Of a stretch of 64,000 nucleotides of DNA, positions 42,294 through 50,734 are shown in pieces. The notes beneath the pieces are model-generated. The model saw nothing but the letters and a program-made list of their open reading frames with translations. It made no database searches and was not told where the DNA came from. Origin of the DNA: Candidatus Woesearchaeota archaeon (GTDB lineage Archaea > Nanobdellota > Nanobdellia > Pacearchaeales > GW2011-AR1); NCBI GenBank assembly GCA_964358765.1, contig CAYHPN010000001.1, forward strand, positions 27,182 to 91,181. The letters are read 5' to 3'. Both the position numbers and the translations under genes were made by a program. How positions within the stretch are numbered: position 1 is the first letter of the stretch; every line of letters starts with the position of its first letter.

Positions 42294-43604
42294 ATGAAAG
42301 GAAAAACAATTTTTGGATGGACTTTAATTATTTGCTTATGTTTTACTCCCTCATTTTTATGGTATTATCTTGGGGAAGGTGCTAGCGAACTTAGTGATTA
42401 TGGTTCAATAACCCATAGTCTAGGGGAAGTGGCTGGATTGATAGCCATGACAATGTTTGCATTGACATTTGTTTTATCTATGAGGCTAAAATTTATTGAA
42501 AATATGTTCAATGGGCTTGATAAAGTTTATATTGCACATGGGATTTTGGGAGGCAGCGCTTTAGTTTTAATTTTGTTTCATCCCATATTTCTAGTTTTGA
42601 AATTTATTCCAAATGATATGAGGCAGGCAGCATTGTATCTATTGCCCAGCTCATATTGGTCTGTAAATTTCGGAATTATCGCATTAGTGGGAATGATATT
42701 TTTAATTTATTTGACACTTTTTGTAAAAATTAAGTATCATAAATGGAAGTTTACACATGAATTTCTTGGACTTGTGTTTATTTTTGCGATTCTGCATATA
42801 TTTTTAGTTAGAGGAGAAGCATCTGGAGACAATATATTTAAGGGGTACTATATTTATGCAACAATAGTTTCTTTAATGGGCCTAGGTGCATTTTCGTATA
42901 GTTTGTTTTTGAAAAATAGATTGTTTAAAGCAGCAGTGTATCGAGTTCTTTCGGTGAGTAAAAAAAACATTAATACATATGAAATAATCTTGTACCCTGA
43001 GCATAAACCTATAAGTTACCAATCTGGACAGTTTATTTTTTTAAGGTTTTATAATGAAAATCTAAGCAAGGAACCACATCCTTTTTCAATTGCTTCCAGG
43101 TCAAATAATCCTGAAATCAAAATTATAATAAAGGAACTGGGAGATTTTACTAAGAAACTTATACATCTTAAGCCTGGAGATAAAGCTTCCATAGAAGGAC
43201 CTTATGGGAGATTTAATTATAAAAGAAGCGAGAAAGATCAAATATGGCTAGCTGGAGGTATTGGAATAACTCCATTTATTGGAATGGCTGAAGATATGCC
43301 TTATTTAAAATTGAATAATAAAGTTGATTTATATTATTCGGCAAGTACAAATGAAGATTTCATTGGGTTAGAAGAATTAAACGGATTTGCATCTAGGCAT
43401 AGAAACTTTAGATTAATTCCTTGGGTAACAAAAAATCAAGGATATCTGAAATTGGAGGACATAAACCGTATAAGTGGCAATATTGTAAACAAGGAATTTT
43501 ATTTATGCGGTCCAAATGCTTTTAAAAAAGGAATTATAAGAGACTTATTAAAGATTGGAATTTCTAAAAGAAATATTCACACGGAGGAGTTTGAATTTAG
43601 ATGA
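42294..43604 (+). CDS. NOX/FRE-like ferric-reductase-domain protein fused to an FNR-type FAD/NAD(P)H module
   Basis: It has six TM helices with paired His residues (HSLGEVAG, IAHGILGG, FTHEFLG, ILHIFLV). HPFSIAS is the FAD motif, GGIGITPF the NAD(P)H motif, and LCGP is C-terminal. I chose the ATG at 42294, just after the apbE stop. Confidence 0.7.
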   Translation: MKGKTIFGWTLIICLCFTPSFLWYYLGEGASELSDYGSITHSLGEVAGLIAMTMFALTFVLSMRLKFIENMFNGLDKVYIAHGILGGSALVLILFHPIFLVLKFIPNDMRQAALYLLPSSYWSVNFGIIALVGMIFLIYLTLFVKIKYHKWKFTHEFLGLVFIFAILHIFLVRGEASGDNIFKGYYIYATIVSLMGLGAFSYSLFLKNRLFKAAVYRVLSVSKKNINTYEIILYPEHKPISYQSGQFIFLRFYNENLSKEPHPFSIASRSNNPEIKIIIKELGDFTKKLIHLKPGDKASIEGPYGRFNYKRSEKDQIWLAGGIGITPFIGMAEDMPYLKLNNKVDLYYSASTNEDFIGLEELNGFASRHRNFRLIPWVTKNQGYLKLEDINRISGNIVNKEFYLCGPNAFKKGIIRDLLKIGISKRNIHTEEFEFR

Positions 43605-43933
43605 AAATTAAATATGTTGTGGCCACCGCATTATTAGTCTTTATTTTGGTAATTGGAAATATATTAGCAATTGGACTTTTAACTCCTGAAAAAAATGAGG
43701 TTGAAATTAACAAAACTCCAATTAAAAATATATCTGATTTTAATACTAATATTGTTATTGTTAAGAAAAATGAGACTAACACGACAACTGAAATAATACA
43801 ACAAGAAATAAGGAATCCTGTTGAGCAGAAACCTATTTCGAAGGCATCTTCAAACTCAGCAAACACAAATACCCAGAATAGTGCTCCTGTTGTTCAATCT
43901 AAACCTAAGAAAGTTAAAACTAGAGCTTCTTAA
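43601..43933 (+). CDS. Small N-terminally anchored, low-complexity extracytoplasmic protein
   Basis: It overlaps the NOX-like gene as ATGA. It has one TM helix (VVATALLVFILVIGNILAIGLL) followed by an N/T/S/Q-rich tail ending ...KVKTRAS. Confidence 0.4.
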   Translation: MKIKYVVATALLVFILVIGNILAIGLLTPEKNEVEINKTPIKNISDFNTNIVIVKKNETNTTTEIIQQEIRNPVEQKPISKASSNSANTNTQNSAPVVQSKPKKVKTRAS

Positions 43934-43964
43934 AATTTTTCAAAAAAAATTACTTTAGAGGAGC

Positions 43965-43986
43965 ATCTAAACTTTTTTATAATTCA
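43965..43986 (+). promoter_or_regulatory. 22-nt promoter-like element, identical to 41357-41378
   Basis: The element is atctaaacttttttataattca. Its TATA box lies about 25 nt upstream of the ATG at 44004, the leaderless geometry. Confidence 0.45.
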
Positions 43987-44003
43987 GAAATCTTAGAGAA
44001 ACC

Positions 44004-44774
44004 ATGGAAAATCAATACTTGGAGAATATAAAAAAAGGAATGAAAGTCAACATACTGACAAATCAAAAGAGAAACATAATTGGAATAATTGAAGATATTG
44101 CTCTAAGAAAAACATTTGAAGAAGAAGGAATTATGGTGAGACTTTCTAATGGAGAGGTAGGAAGAGTAAAGAAAATAATACATAGCGAACCAGAACTCAA
44201 TGATAAAATTGCGAATGAAATAAGAAAACATATTGAGAAAGGGGAAAACTTTAATATGGAATTCAAAAGCGAGGCATTTTGGAGCATGACATATAATCCT
44301 GAACAACTAAAAGAAAATAAATCATTTGAAATTAGAGAGTATGGAACTCGTGCATCTAAAATTATAATTGCTAGAGCAATTGCATCTTTTTTAAATTCTG
44401 AGGGCGGAAATTTAATAATTGGTGTAAAAGAAAATAAAGAGAAAGGAAATTTTGATATAATTGGAATTGAAGAGGATATGAAAAAATTAAAAGAAGGAGG
44501 AATTGATAATTATAAAAGAACTCTCATTGATGAGATTGTTAGGGCTTTTTTTCCTCCTAAAATATTTAATCATATGAATGATTACTTGACTTTTGAGAGC
44601 TGTACGATTGAAGGAAAAACTATTTTATGGATAAAAATAAAGAGGAGCGACAGCAGAGTATTTTTAAAAATAAATAATAAAGATTTATTTATGATAAGAG
44701 TTGACAGCGAAAATAGGATGCTTGAAGGGGAAAGGCTTGTTGATTATTGTATAAAGAAGTGGGGCGGGCGATAA
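44004..44774 (+). CDS. YwbE-like (DUF2196) N-domain fused to an AlbA_2/Schlafen-type putative DNA-binding domain
   Basis: KGMKVNILTNQKRNIIGIIEDI...GIMVRLSNGEVGRVKKI resembles the YwbE family. ENFNMEFKSEAFW...ASFLNSEGGNLIIGV matches the AlbA_2 pattern (E..EFK...A.AN..GG.l.iGv). Confidence 0.5.
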   Translation: MENQYLENIKKGMKVNILTNQKRNIIGIIEDIALRKTFEEEGIMVRLSNGEVGRVKKIIHSEPELNDKIANEIRKHIEKGENFNMEFKSEAFWSMTYNPEQLKENKSFEIREYGTRASKIIIARAIASFLNSEGGNLIIGVKENKEKGNFDIIGIEEDMKKLKEGGIDNYKRTLIDEIVRAFFPPKIFNHMNDYLTFESCTIEGKTILWIKIKRSDSRVFLKINNKDLFMIRVDSENRMLEGERLVDYCIKKWGGR

Positions 44775-44784
44775 AACTTAGAAA

Positions 44785-45522
44785 TTAATATTTCTTACTT
44801 AGATTAATATCTTTTGAAACAAACTCTACGAGTTTGTTTGGCAGCTCCCTTGCAGAGCAAGGAAGAACTTGCTTGTCCTTTGTTATGAGGTAGATTTTAC
44901 GGTCTGCAAAACTGCCTTCGATTAGAGTGTTTGCGACTACGAGGTCAGAATTATTTTTAATTAAATTATCATGGGCTGTTTCGATTAATTCTTCTGGATT
45001 TACACGTGAAAGAAGTTTAAATCCGACTTGGTAGATTTTAGGACTGTATTGTTTTACTTCTGAAATTATTTTAGGAAGCTTAATGAGTTTGAGATCAAGA
45101 TTATTTTCATTTGAACTAATTTTTCCTTGAGTTTCTTTTACTCCATAATCTGAGACGGCTGCAGCAAGAACAATTACGTCTATTTTCTTTGTTGTGATGA
45201 GATCTTTAACTTTTGTACGATAATCATCAAAAGTAAGAAATGGATATTCGTGCAAATTACCTAAAAGTTCTCTTGCCTGATGATAGAGTTTCCTCATTTT
45301 CTCCACTTCCATATAAAAATCATTCCTTGGATTGAAGATAAATTGCTCGTGAAAAGGCCTTTTGCCGTTTTTTGAATATAGATAGTGGACGTTGTTTCCG
45401 TGTTTTAGAAATTCCTCTGCTACTAGCGCGCCTGTGCTACCGCTACTGAAATTTCCAATGTGCCTTACATCATCTATCTTGCAGATAGTTCCTCCGCTTG
45501 TAATTAATACTTCAAGAGCCAT
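44785..45522 (-). CDS. coaB: Phosphopantothenate--cysteine ligase (stand-alone CoaB)
   Basis: VLITSGGTICKIDDVRHIGNFSSGSTGALVAEEF matches the CoaB motif TxGGTxExIDxVRxIxNxSSGxxG, and LAAAVSDY is also present. I chose the ATG at 45522; the track ORF starts at 45540. Confidence 0.75.
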   Translation of the reverse strand: MALEVLITSGGTICKIDDVRHIGNFSSGSTGALVAEEFLKHGNNVHYLYSKNGKRPFHEQFIFNPRNDFYMEVEKMRKLYHQARELLGNLHEYPFLTFDDYRTKVKDLITTKKIDVIVLAAAVSDYGVKETQGKISSNENNLDLKLIKLPKIISEVKQYSPKIYQVGFKLLSRVNPEELIETAHDNLIKNNSDLVVANTLIEGSFADRKIYLITKDKQVLPCSARELPNKLVEFVSKDINLSKKY

Positions 45523-46072
45523 TTTTTTCCCCCATATCATTGATAATGCATTTTACTATGTAATCTATACGAGGCAACTTTGCTTTTCCTTCACTCAGGC
45601 GAGGAGGGATAATTTTTAGCCCATATTTTTCTGCTTTTTGCAGATTCTCCTTCAAAAAAGGATTTTCATACAATGAAGAATGCATAGTTGGGCAGAGATA
45701 TACTGGCTTTTTCATTCCTAAAGCGCTTGCAACTAAGGTTGTTAAGGCATTATCTGCAATCCCTGTAAAAATTTTATTAATTGTATTAAGAGTTGCAGGC
45801 GCTACCACTACAATATCTTCAAGACAGATATGTTCTGCATTTCCGCTAAGTTTGTCTATTACTTCTTTGCCTGATCCCCACTGTAATGATGCTTTACCAA
45901 CAAATTCATAAGTATTTGGGCTCACATAGATTCCTACAACTGCTCCATACCTTCTGAAATGCCTCGCAAGTTTAGGAGCTTCTATAGCTGCAATTCCTCC
46001 AGAAACACAGAGAGCAATACTCTTTTCTTGTAGTTGATTGCCTAGTGTTTCTACTCTAAGATCTTCATTCAT
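45512..46072 (-). CDS. coaC: Phosphopantothenoylcysteine decarboxylase (stand-alone CoaC flavoprotein)
   Basis: IALCVSGGIAAIEAPKLARHFRRYGA, VAPATLNTINKIFTGIADNALT and PTMHSSLYENP follow the HFCD flavoprotein pattern. I chose the ATG at 46072, preceded by ggaggt and overlapping the upstream TGA by 8 nt. Confidence 0.7.
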   Translation of the reverse strand: MNEDLRVETLGNQLQEKSIALCVSGGIAAIEAPKLARHFRRYGAVVGIYVSPNTYEFVGKASLQWGSGKEVIDKLSGNAEHICLEDIVVVAPATLNTINKIFTGIADNALTTLVASALGMKKPVYLCPTMHSSLYENPFLKENLQKAEKYGLKIIPPRLSEGKAKLPRIDYIVKCIINDMGEKNGS

Positions 46073-47138
46073 ATTTACCTCCGTAAATTGTGTTATATTC
46101 TGGGACTGGTCTGCAAATATATTCCACAGAACGCAAAGAAGCAATATTATCTGCTAAAGTTAATGAGCCGTGGCCTTTAAGATTTACTGAGAAATTCACT
46201 GAACTTCTATTTGGGAAAAGAGAAATAATTTCTTCACTTTCTTCTATTGCTCCGCATGGAACAATTCTGTTTGTGAATGGAGCATTTTTTATATAAGCGT
46301 GGCCATGAAGAAGATATTTTGCCCACGGATAATTATTGTATAATTTAATTTGTATTGGTGTGTCAACTGAAGGTTTTGCATTCCCAAAATATTCTACAGG
46401 CAAACTTGGTTTTACTGCTACAAAATCATTTTGTGTTATAGAAATTTTATTTACATTTCTTCTTGAAACAAAAATTAAATTATCTTCTTTAAAGGAAGGA
46501 AAGCCACGTTCACATCTAAATGAAGCATTTCCCATGAATCTTTCTTCTCTAGCAACACTCTCTACCATTTGAGAAAATAATTCTCCTTTTTCTCTTACCA
46601 GAGTGTAAAATTTTTCCAGATGTGGTGCCGGAATTTGCTCTCCTTCTTTAGTACTCCCTATTCTAGTGTATTTCAAGAGTTCAAATGCACGGTTCTTTAC
46701 AACACTAGCGATATTTTTCATATTTTGAGTGTGAGCATAAACATTTCCCAAAGGATCAAGAACTCTTGCCTGATATCTTTCATTTATTTTTGAAAACTCT
46801 ACTAGCAAATTATGATTGGAAACTAATGCATGGTTAACAACTTGAAGAAAAGGAACATTATCCATGTTGCGTAGAGATCCCACAAGAGTAAGAGCAGGAT
46901 TAGTATTTTTTGCGATTCTTGCAGGACTAGCCATTCCTTTAGGAATTTGAGCAAACCAGAAAGCAAGAGAATACTCTTTTGCTCTTTGTGCAATATTCTC
47001 TAGCTCTGAAAGATGTCCCCCATTGTGACATTCTGCATCTTTAAGACCCATGGAATTATACAGGATATCTGAAATAGTTGACTTTCTACCACCTTCATTG
47101 TTAAATTCTCCTCCTAAAAATATTATTTTCTCATCCAT
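46065..47138 (-). CDS. Two-domain protein with a C-terminal class II aldolase/adducin-like domain and an unknown N-domain
   Basis: The C-terminal half reads GNASFRC...LIFVSRRNV...FVAV...KPSVDTPIQIKLY...AKYLLHGHAY. It follows the class II aldolase layout GNxSxR...SG...KPSxExxxHxxxY...AvxHxH. I did not recognise the N-terminal roughly 170 aa. Confidence 0.4.
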   Translation of the reverse strand: MDEKIIFLGGEFNNEGGRKSTISDILYNSMGLKDAECHNGGHLSELENIAQRAKEYSLAFWFAQIPKGMASPARIAKNTNPALTLVGSLRNMDNVPFLQVVNHALVSNHNLLVEFSKINERYQARVLDPLGNVYAHTQNMKNIASVVKNRAFELLKYTRIGSTKEGEQIPAPHLEKFYTLVREKGELFSQMVESVAREERFMGNASFRCERGFPSFKEDNLIFVSRRNVNKISITQNDFVAVKPSLPVEYFGNAKPSVDTPIQIKLYNNYPWAKYLLHGHAYIKNAPFTNRIVPCGAIEESEEIISLFPNRSSVNFSVNLKGHGSLTLADNIASLRSVEYICRPVPEYNTIYGGKYE

Positions 47139-47952
47139 GTAAAATCCTCCAAGAATTATTATAGTAAACATCTTCTTTGTCTACTAGAGAAAATTTTTTC
47201 ATACTCTCTTCTATAAAATGCACTGAATCTTGATGAGTTTGGATAGGAAAATCGGTTCCAAATAATAATTTCCTTGGTCCGCATTCATACAAGAATTTCT
47301 TTATTTCTTCAATACATTCAGGAATATCTTTACGATCGTATTTTGAGTCTATAAGGCCGCTCATATCAGTGTAGATATTATCATTTCTTTTAACAGTAGA
47401 AATCAAATCATCAGTATAGGGTTTAGACATATGGCAAACTATAACTGGAAGATGAGGAACAAGATTTGCTATGTGCTCTAAATCACTTGCTTGTACCATT
47501 GAAGCGATAGAAGGTTTAGATGAAGTTCGCATTGCTTGATAAGAATATCCACAGTGAAACATTAAAGGCAGTTGAAATTTTGAGGAAAGAGAAATTACTT
47601 CTCCAAATTTTTCAGATTTAAGATCAATATCTTGGTAGCAGGTATAGATTTTAATTCCCTTTATTTTCTTTTCTTCTGCAAGTTCTTTTACCTCATTTAA
47701 TCCCTGAAAAAAATAATGCTGAAAGTCAAAACTGCCAAACATTGCAAATTCTTCCCTATTTTCTATCCAGTGTGAAAGTCTGAAATTTGTAATTCCACTC
47801 CCCCTATGTGAAAAGTAAGTTGCTAATAACACTGTTTTTTCTATATCATATTTCTGCATTAATTTAGTGATGTGCTGAACGGAAGCATCTTCTACTGCAG
47901 CTTCTTTAAGTGCTCTTCTTGTCGTATGGCAATGTATATCTATTTTTTTCAT
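47131..47952 (-). CDS. Amidohydrolase-2 family metal-dependent TIM-barrel hydrolase/decarboxylase
   Basis: KIDIHCHT is the HxH motif, followed by MFHCGYS, IVCHMSKP and LLFGTDFP (the terminal Asp). I chose the ATG at 47952. Confidence 0.6.
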   Translation of the reverse strand: MKKIDIHCHTTRRALKEAAVEDASVQHITKLMQKYDIEKTVLLATYFSHRGSGITNFRLSHWIENREEFAMFGSFDFQHYFFQGLNEVKELAEEKKIKGIKIYTCYQDIDLKSEKFGEVISLSSKFQLPLMFHCGYSYQAMRTSSKPSIASMVQASDLEHIANLVPHLPVIVCHMSKPYTDDLISTVKRNDNIYTDMSGLIDSKYDRKDIPECIEEIKKFLYECGPRKLLFGTDFPIQTHQDSVHFIEESMKKFSLVDKEDVYYNNSWRILHG

Positions 47953-47953
47953 T

Positions 47954-48196
47954 TTAGAGAAACTCCTTTCTCTTAGATAGAATAATCTCATATCTCAAAT
48001 CACATTCAGTGCAAGCATAGTCAGTTCCATCCACATTATGTGTACGCAAAATCTTTACCTCAGAAGATTCACATCTGGGACAGGTAGTAGAAGGATTATT
48101 TTTTAAGACATCGTCTAGGAAATAAATTCTGTTTTCTTTCTCCCATTTCCTGCCTTCTTTACCATACCCTAAATGCTGTGCAATTGTCTTTGTCAT
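47954..48196 (-). CDS. Small zinc-ribbon protein
   Basis: It is 80 aa with CPRCES...CTECDL. Its stop lies 1 nt before the amidohydrolase start. Confidence 0.4.
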   Translation of the reverse strand: MTKTIAQHLGYGKEGRKWEKENRIYFLDDVLKNNPSTTCPRCESSEVKILRTHNVDGTDYACTECDLRYEIILSKRKEFL

Positions 48197-48290
48197 ATTA
48201 TATCATAAAAAACAATTAATATAAACTATTTCTATAAATCTTTAAAGATCTTTAAATTTTAGGAAAATTTAAATAATAAGACATTTTGGT

Positions 48291-49190
48291 ATGGTTATGA
48301 AAATTATTGAGAGAAGTGTACAGGAAATAGGGGAGTCTTTACTTGTCAGCTTACCAAAAGGATGGACTAAAACCATGCAAATTAAGAAAGGTTCTATGCT
48401 TAAGATGCTGGTTGCAGAAAACGGCCGGCTTTTAATTGCTCCTGAATTTACACAACCAGAGAAAAAGAGCGAAACTACTATTGCGTATGATGAACATTTT
48501 GAGAGAAAATTTTTTAGAGAGTATTTTGGACAATATGAAAAAATTCATATCACATTTACGCAGGGACTTTCGGATAAAGAACGTAGAGAACTAGGGTTGT
48601 TTTTACAGAGATTTATGAATGTACAAATTATTGAAGAAAGTCGTGGTAGCATCGTTGTAAAGGCGTTTGCTATCCAAGAGCTTTCTATTGAAGAATGTAT
48701 GAAGAGAATGCATTTTTTATCTCTTAATATGTTTGAAGAAAAAAAGCAGGGAAGTAAAACTGCAAAACTTCAAGAAATGAGAGATACTATGACTAGGTTT
48801 TATTATATGCTAATTATGCAAGTAAGAAGATTTCTTACTGAAGGAAAATATACTGAAGAAAACCAGATTCCGCTCATAAAAGCCATGGACATACGTATGG
48901 TAGCTGAAAAAATGCAGAGAATTGCAGAACATATTATAAATATGAAATCCTCTAAAACTATACTCTTTGAAGAAATAGAAGATTATTATGCAGATTCATT
49001 TCGTTATTATTCTACAGAAAATTTTGATAAAGCAAGTTTATTATGGAAAAAAGGCAACTTATTATGGAAGAAATATGAAGAAAAAAAGCAGAAAGCAAAA
49101 CAAAAAAAAGATTTTGAGAAATATGAAACCGTCAGCTCATTACAACAGATTACACGTTTGGCAAAAGAAATTTCAATGCTTGTAAGATAA
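48291..49190 (+). CDS. AbrB/SpoVT-domain plus PhoU-like regulator (archaeal PhoU-homologue architecture)
   Basis: The N-terminal ERSVQEIGESLLVSLPKGWTKTMQIKKGSMLKM is a swapped-hairpin AbrB motif. The C-terminal helical repeats are PhoU-like (RMHFLSLNMFEE..., MVAEKMQRIAEHI). Confidence 0.5.
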   Translation: MVMKIIERSVQEIGESLLVSLPKGWTKTMQIKKGSMLKMLVAENGRLLIAPEFTQPEKKSETTIAYDEHFERKFFREYFGQYEKIHITFTQGLSDKERRELGLFLQRFMNVQIIEESRGSIVVKAFAIQELSIEECMKRMHFLSLNMFEEKKQGSKTAKLQEMRDTMTRFYYMLIMQVRRFLTEGKYTEENQIPLIKAMDIRMVAEKMQRIAEHIINMKSSKTILFEEIEDYYADSFRYYSTENFDKASLLWKKGNLLWKKYEEKKQKAKQKKDFEKYETVSSLQQITRLAKEISMLVR

Positions 49191-49265
49191 AACTCTTTAG
49201 TTTTTATTATTGTGGTGATAAATATCACCTTATATTTTTAATTAGGTTCCTTTCTGCAATCTTTT

Positions 49266-50345
49266 ATGAAAAACAAAATGATTATAGGAGAAGCAATCGA
49301 ACCTATGCTTGTTTATGAATCAGCTGGAAAAGACAAATATGCTGATATTATCAAAAGGCATGGTGGAAGTACTTTAGCAGAGATCAAATATGACGGCTAT
49401 CGAGTACAAGTACATAAAGGTAAAGAGCTTTCATTATTCACACGAAATCTTAATACTCTTAACGCAAGAGTATTTCCAGACGTTACAAAAAATCTGGAAA
49501 ACTTACCTGCGGGCATTTATGATGGTGAATTAGTAGGACATGGCACTTCGATAGAAGGTTTTAATGCAGTCAAGAAAAGAGTTAGAAGTGAATTAGATAA
49601 TTCTTTAGTTGAACACTTTCCATTAGAAATACGATTATTTGATATTCTTTGCTTGGGGAATAGAGATGTAACTCAATTACCGCTTCATGAGAGAAGAGAA
49701 ATCTTAGAAACATACCATTTGAACGTACCTGTGCAATACGAGATGGGAAGTGCTCTTGCATTACAACAAAAGTTTGAGGAAGTTACTTCTGCAAAACTTG
49801 AAGGACTTGTATGTAAAAATGCAGATTCTGTTTATAGTATAGGAAAAAGAACCAGAGACTGGATCAAATTAAAGAAATCATTAACACTTGATTTAACAGT
49901 ATTAGGAGTTTATCAAGGTGAAGGAAAAGCTAGTGAACTACCATTTGCAGCATTACTTTTAGGAACAAAAAATGGTAATAAATATGAAACTCTTACTAAA
50001 GTCGGAATTTCTAATAGAGGAATTATTGCTGAAATTGAGAAAAAAATAGAGAATGCTTATAGTCAGAGTGTACCTCAAAAAGTAGATATCTCTTCTGAAA
50101 TAAGTAAGAAAACTTATGAAAGAAAAGTGCCTTTTAGGTATGTTCAGCCTGAAAATTCAGTTGTATTGGAAGTTTCTGCTTTAGATATTACGAGAAGTAA
50201 CAACTGGCATTCGTGCGGTCTAGACAGCGATGGAAAAGCATTCTCATTACGAATACCTGTTGTTGAAAGTTACCGCGATGATAAAACTGTACAAGAATGT
50301 GCTAGTACTGAGCAAGTCAAAGAACTGTATGCTTCAAACAAATAA
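49266..50345 (+). CDS. ATP-dependent DNA ligase, minimal form (adenylation plus OB domains, no N-terminal DNA-binding domain)
   Basis: The motifs are I AEIKYDGYR (KxDG), III LFDIL, IV EGLVCK and V DWIKLKK. It is only 359 aa. Confidence 0.8.
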   Translation: MKNKMIIGEAIEPMLVYESAGKDKYADIIKRHGGSTLAEIKYDGYRVQVHKGKELSLFTRNLNTLNARVFPDVTKNLENLPAGIYDGELVGHGTSIEGFNAVKKRVRSELDNSLVEHFPLEIRLFDILCLGNRDVTQLPLHERREILETYHLNVPVQYEMGSALALQQKFEEVTSAKLEGLVCKNADSVYSIGKRTRDWIKLKKSLTLDLTVLGVYQGEGKASELPFAALLLGTKNGNKYETLTKVGISNRGIIAEIEKKIENAYSQSVPQKVDISSEISKKTYERKVPFRYVQPENSVVLEVSALDITRSNNWHSCGLDSDGKAFSLRIPVVESYRDDKTVQECASTEQVKELYASNK

Positions 50346-50437
50346 AATTTACATAAATGCATGCGCAACCATAGAACAAATTAAAGAGCTGTATGGATTA
50401 AACAAATAATGTTTATATATGAGCATATCGTTTCTTC

Positions 50438-50686
50438 TTGATGTATGTTATAAGAGATGTATTTATTGCAAAACCTGGAAGCGCTGGCAAATTAGCAAAA
50501 ATGATGAATGAAGCAGCAAAACATATGCCTGAAAAGCCAAGAGTCATGCTTGATTTTGTAACTGATTTTAATAAGATCGTTGTTGAACATGAAGTCAAAA
50601 GCCTTGCTGAGTTTGAGAAAGGAATGGAAGATTATAAGAAAAATTCTAGTCCGGAAATGATGGAAATAATGAAAGGGTTATACTGA
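50438..50686 (+). CDS. Hypothetical small protein (82 aa)
   Basis: The ORF has balanced composition. I recognised no family. Confidence 0.35.
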   Translation: MMYVIRDVFIAKPGSAGKLAKMMNEAAKHMPEKPRVMLDFVTDFNKIVVEHEVKSLAEFEKGMEDYKKNSSPEMMEIMKGLY

Positions 50687-50734
50687 ATTATATCAAACGG
50701 GGTATAGAGAGATTTTGAAGGTCGTTGAGTGATT

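Noticed and set aside
43597-43866. An 89-aa minus-strand ORF overlapping the 43601-43933 plus-strand ORF.
   Set aside because: The plus-strand ORF is translationally coupled to the NOX-like gene by an ATGA overlap and has a clean N-terminal anchor. The minus-strand ORF has no start context and looks like a hydrophobic mirror of it.
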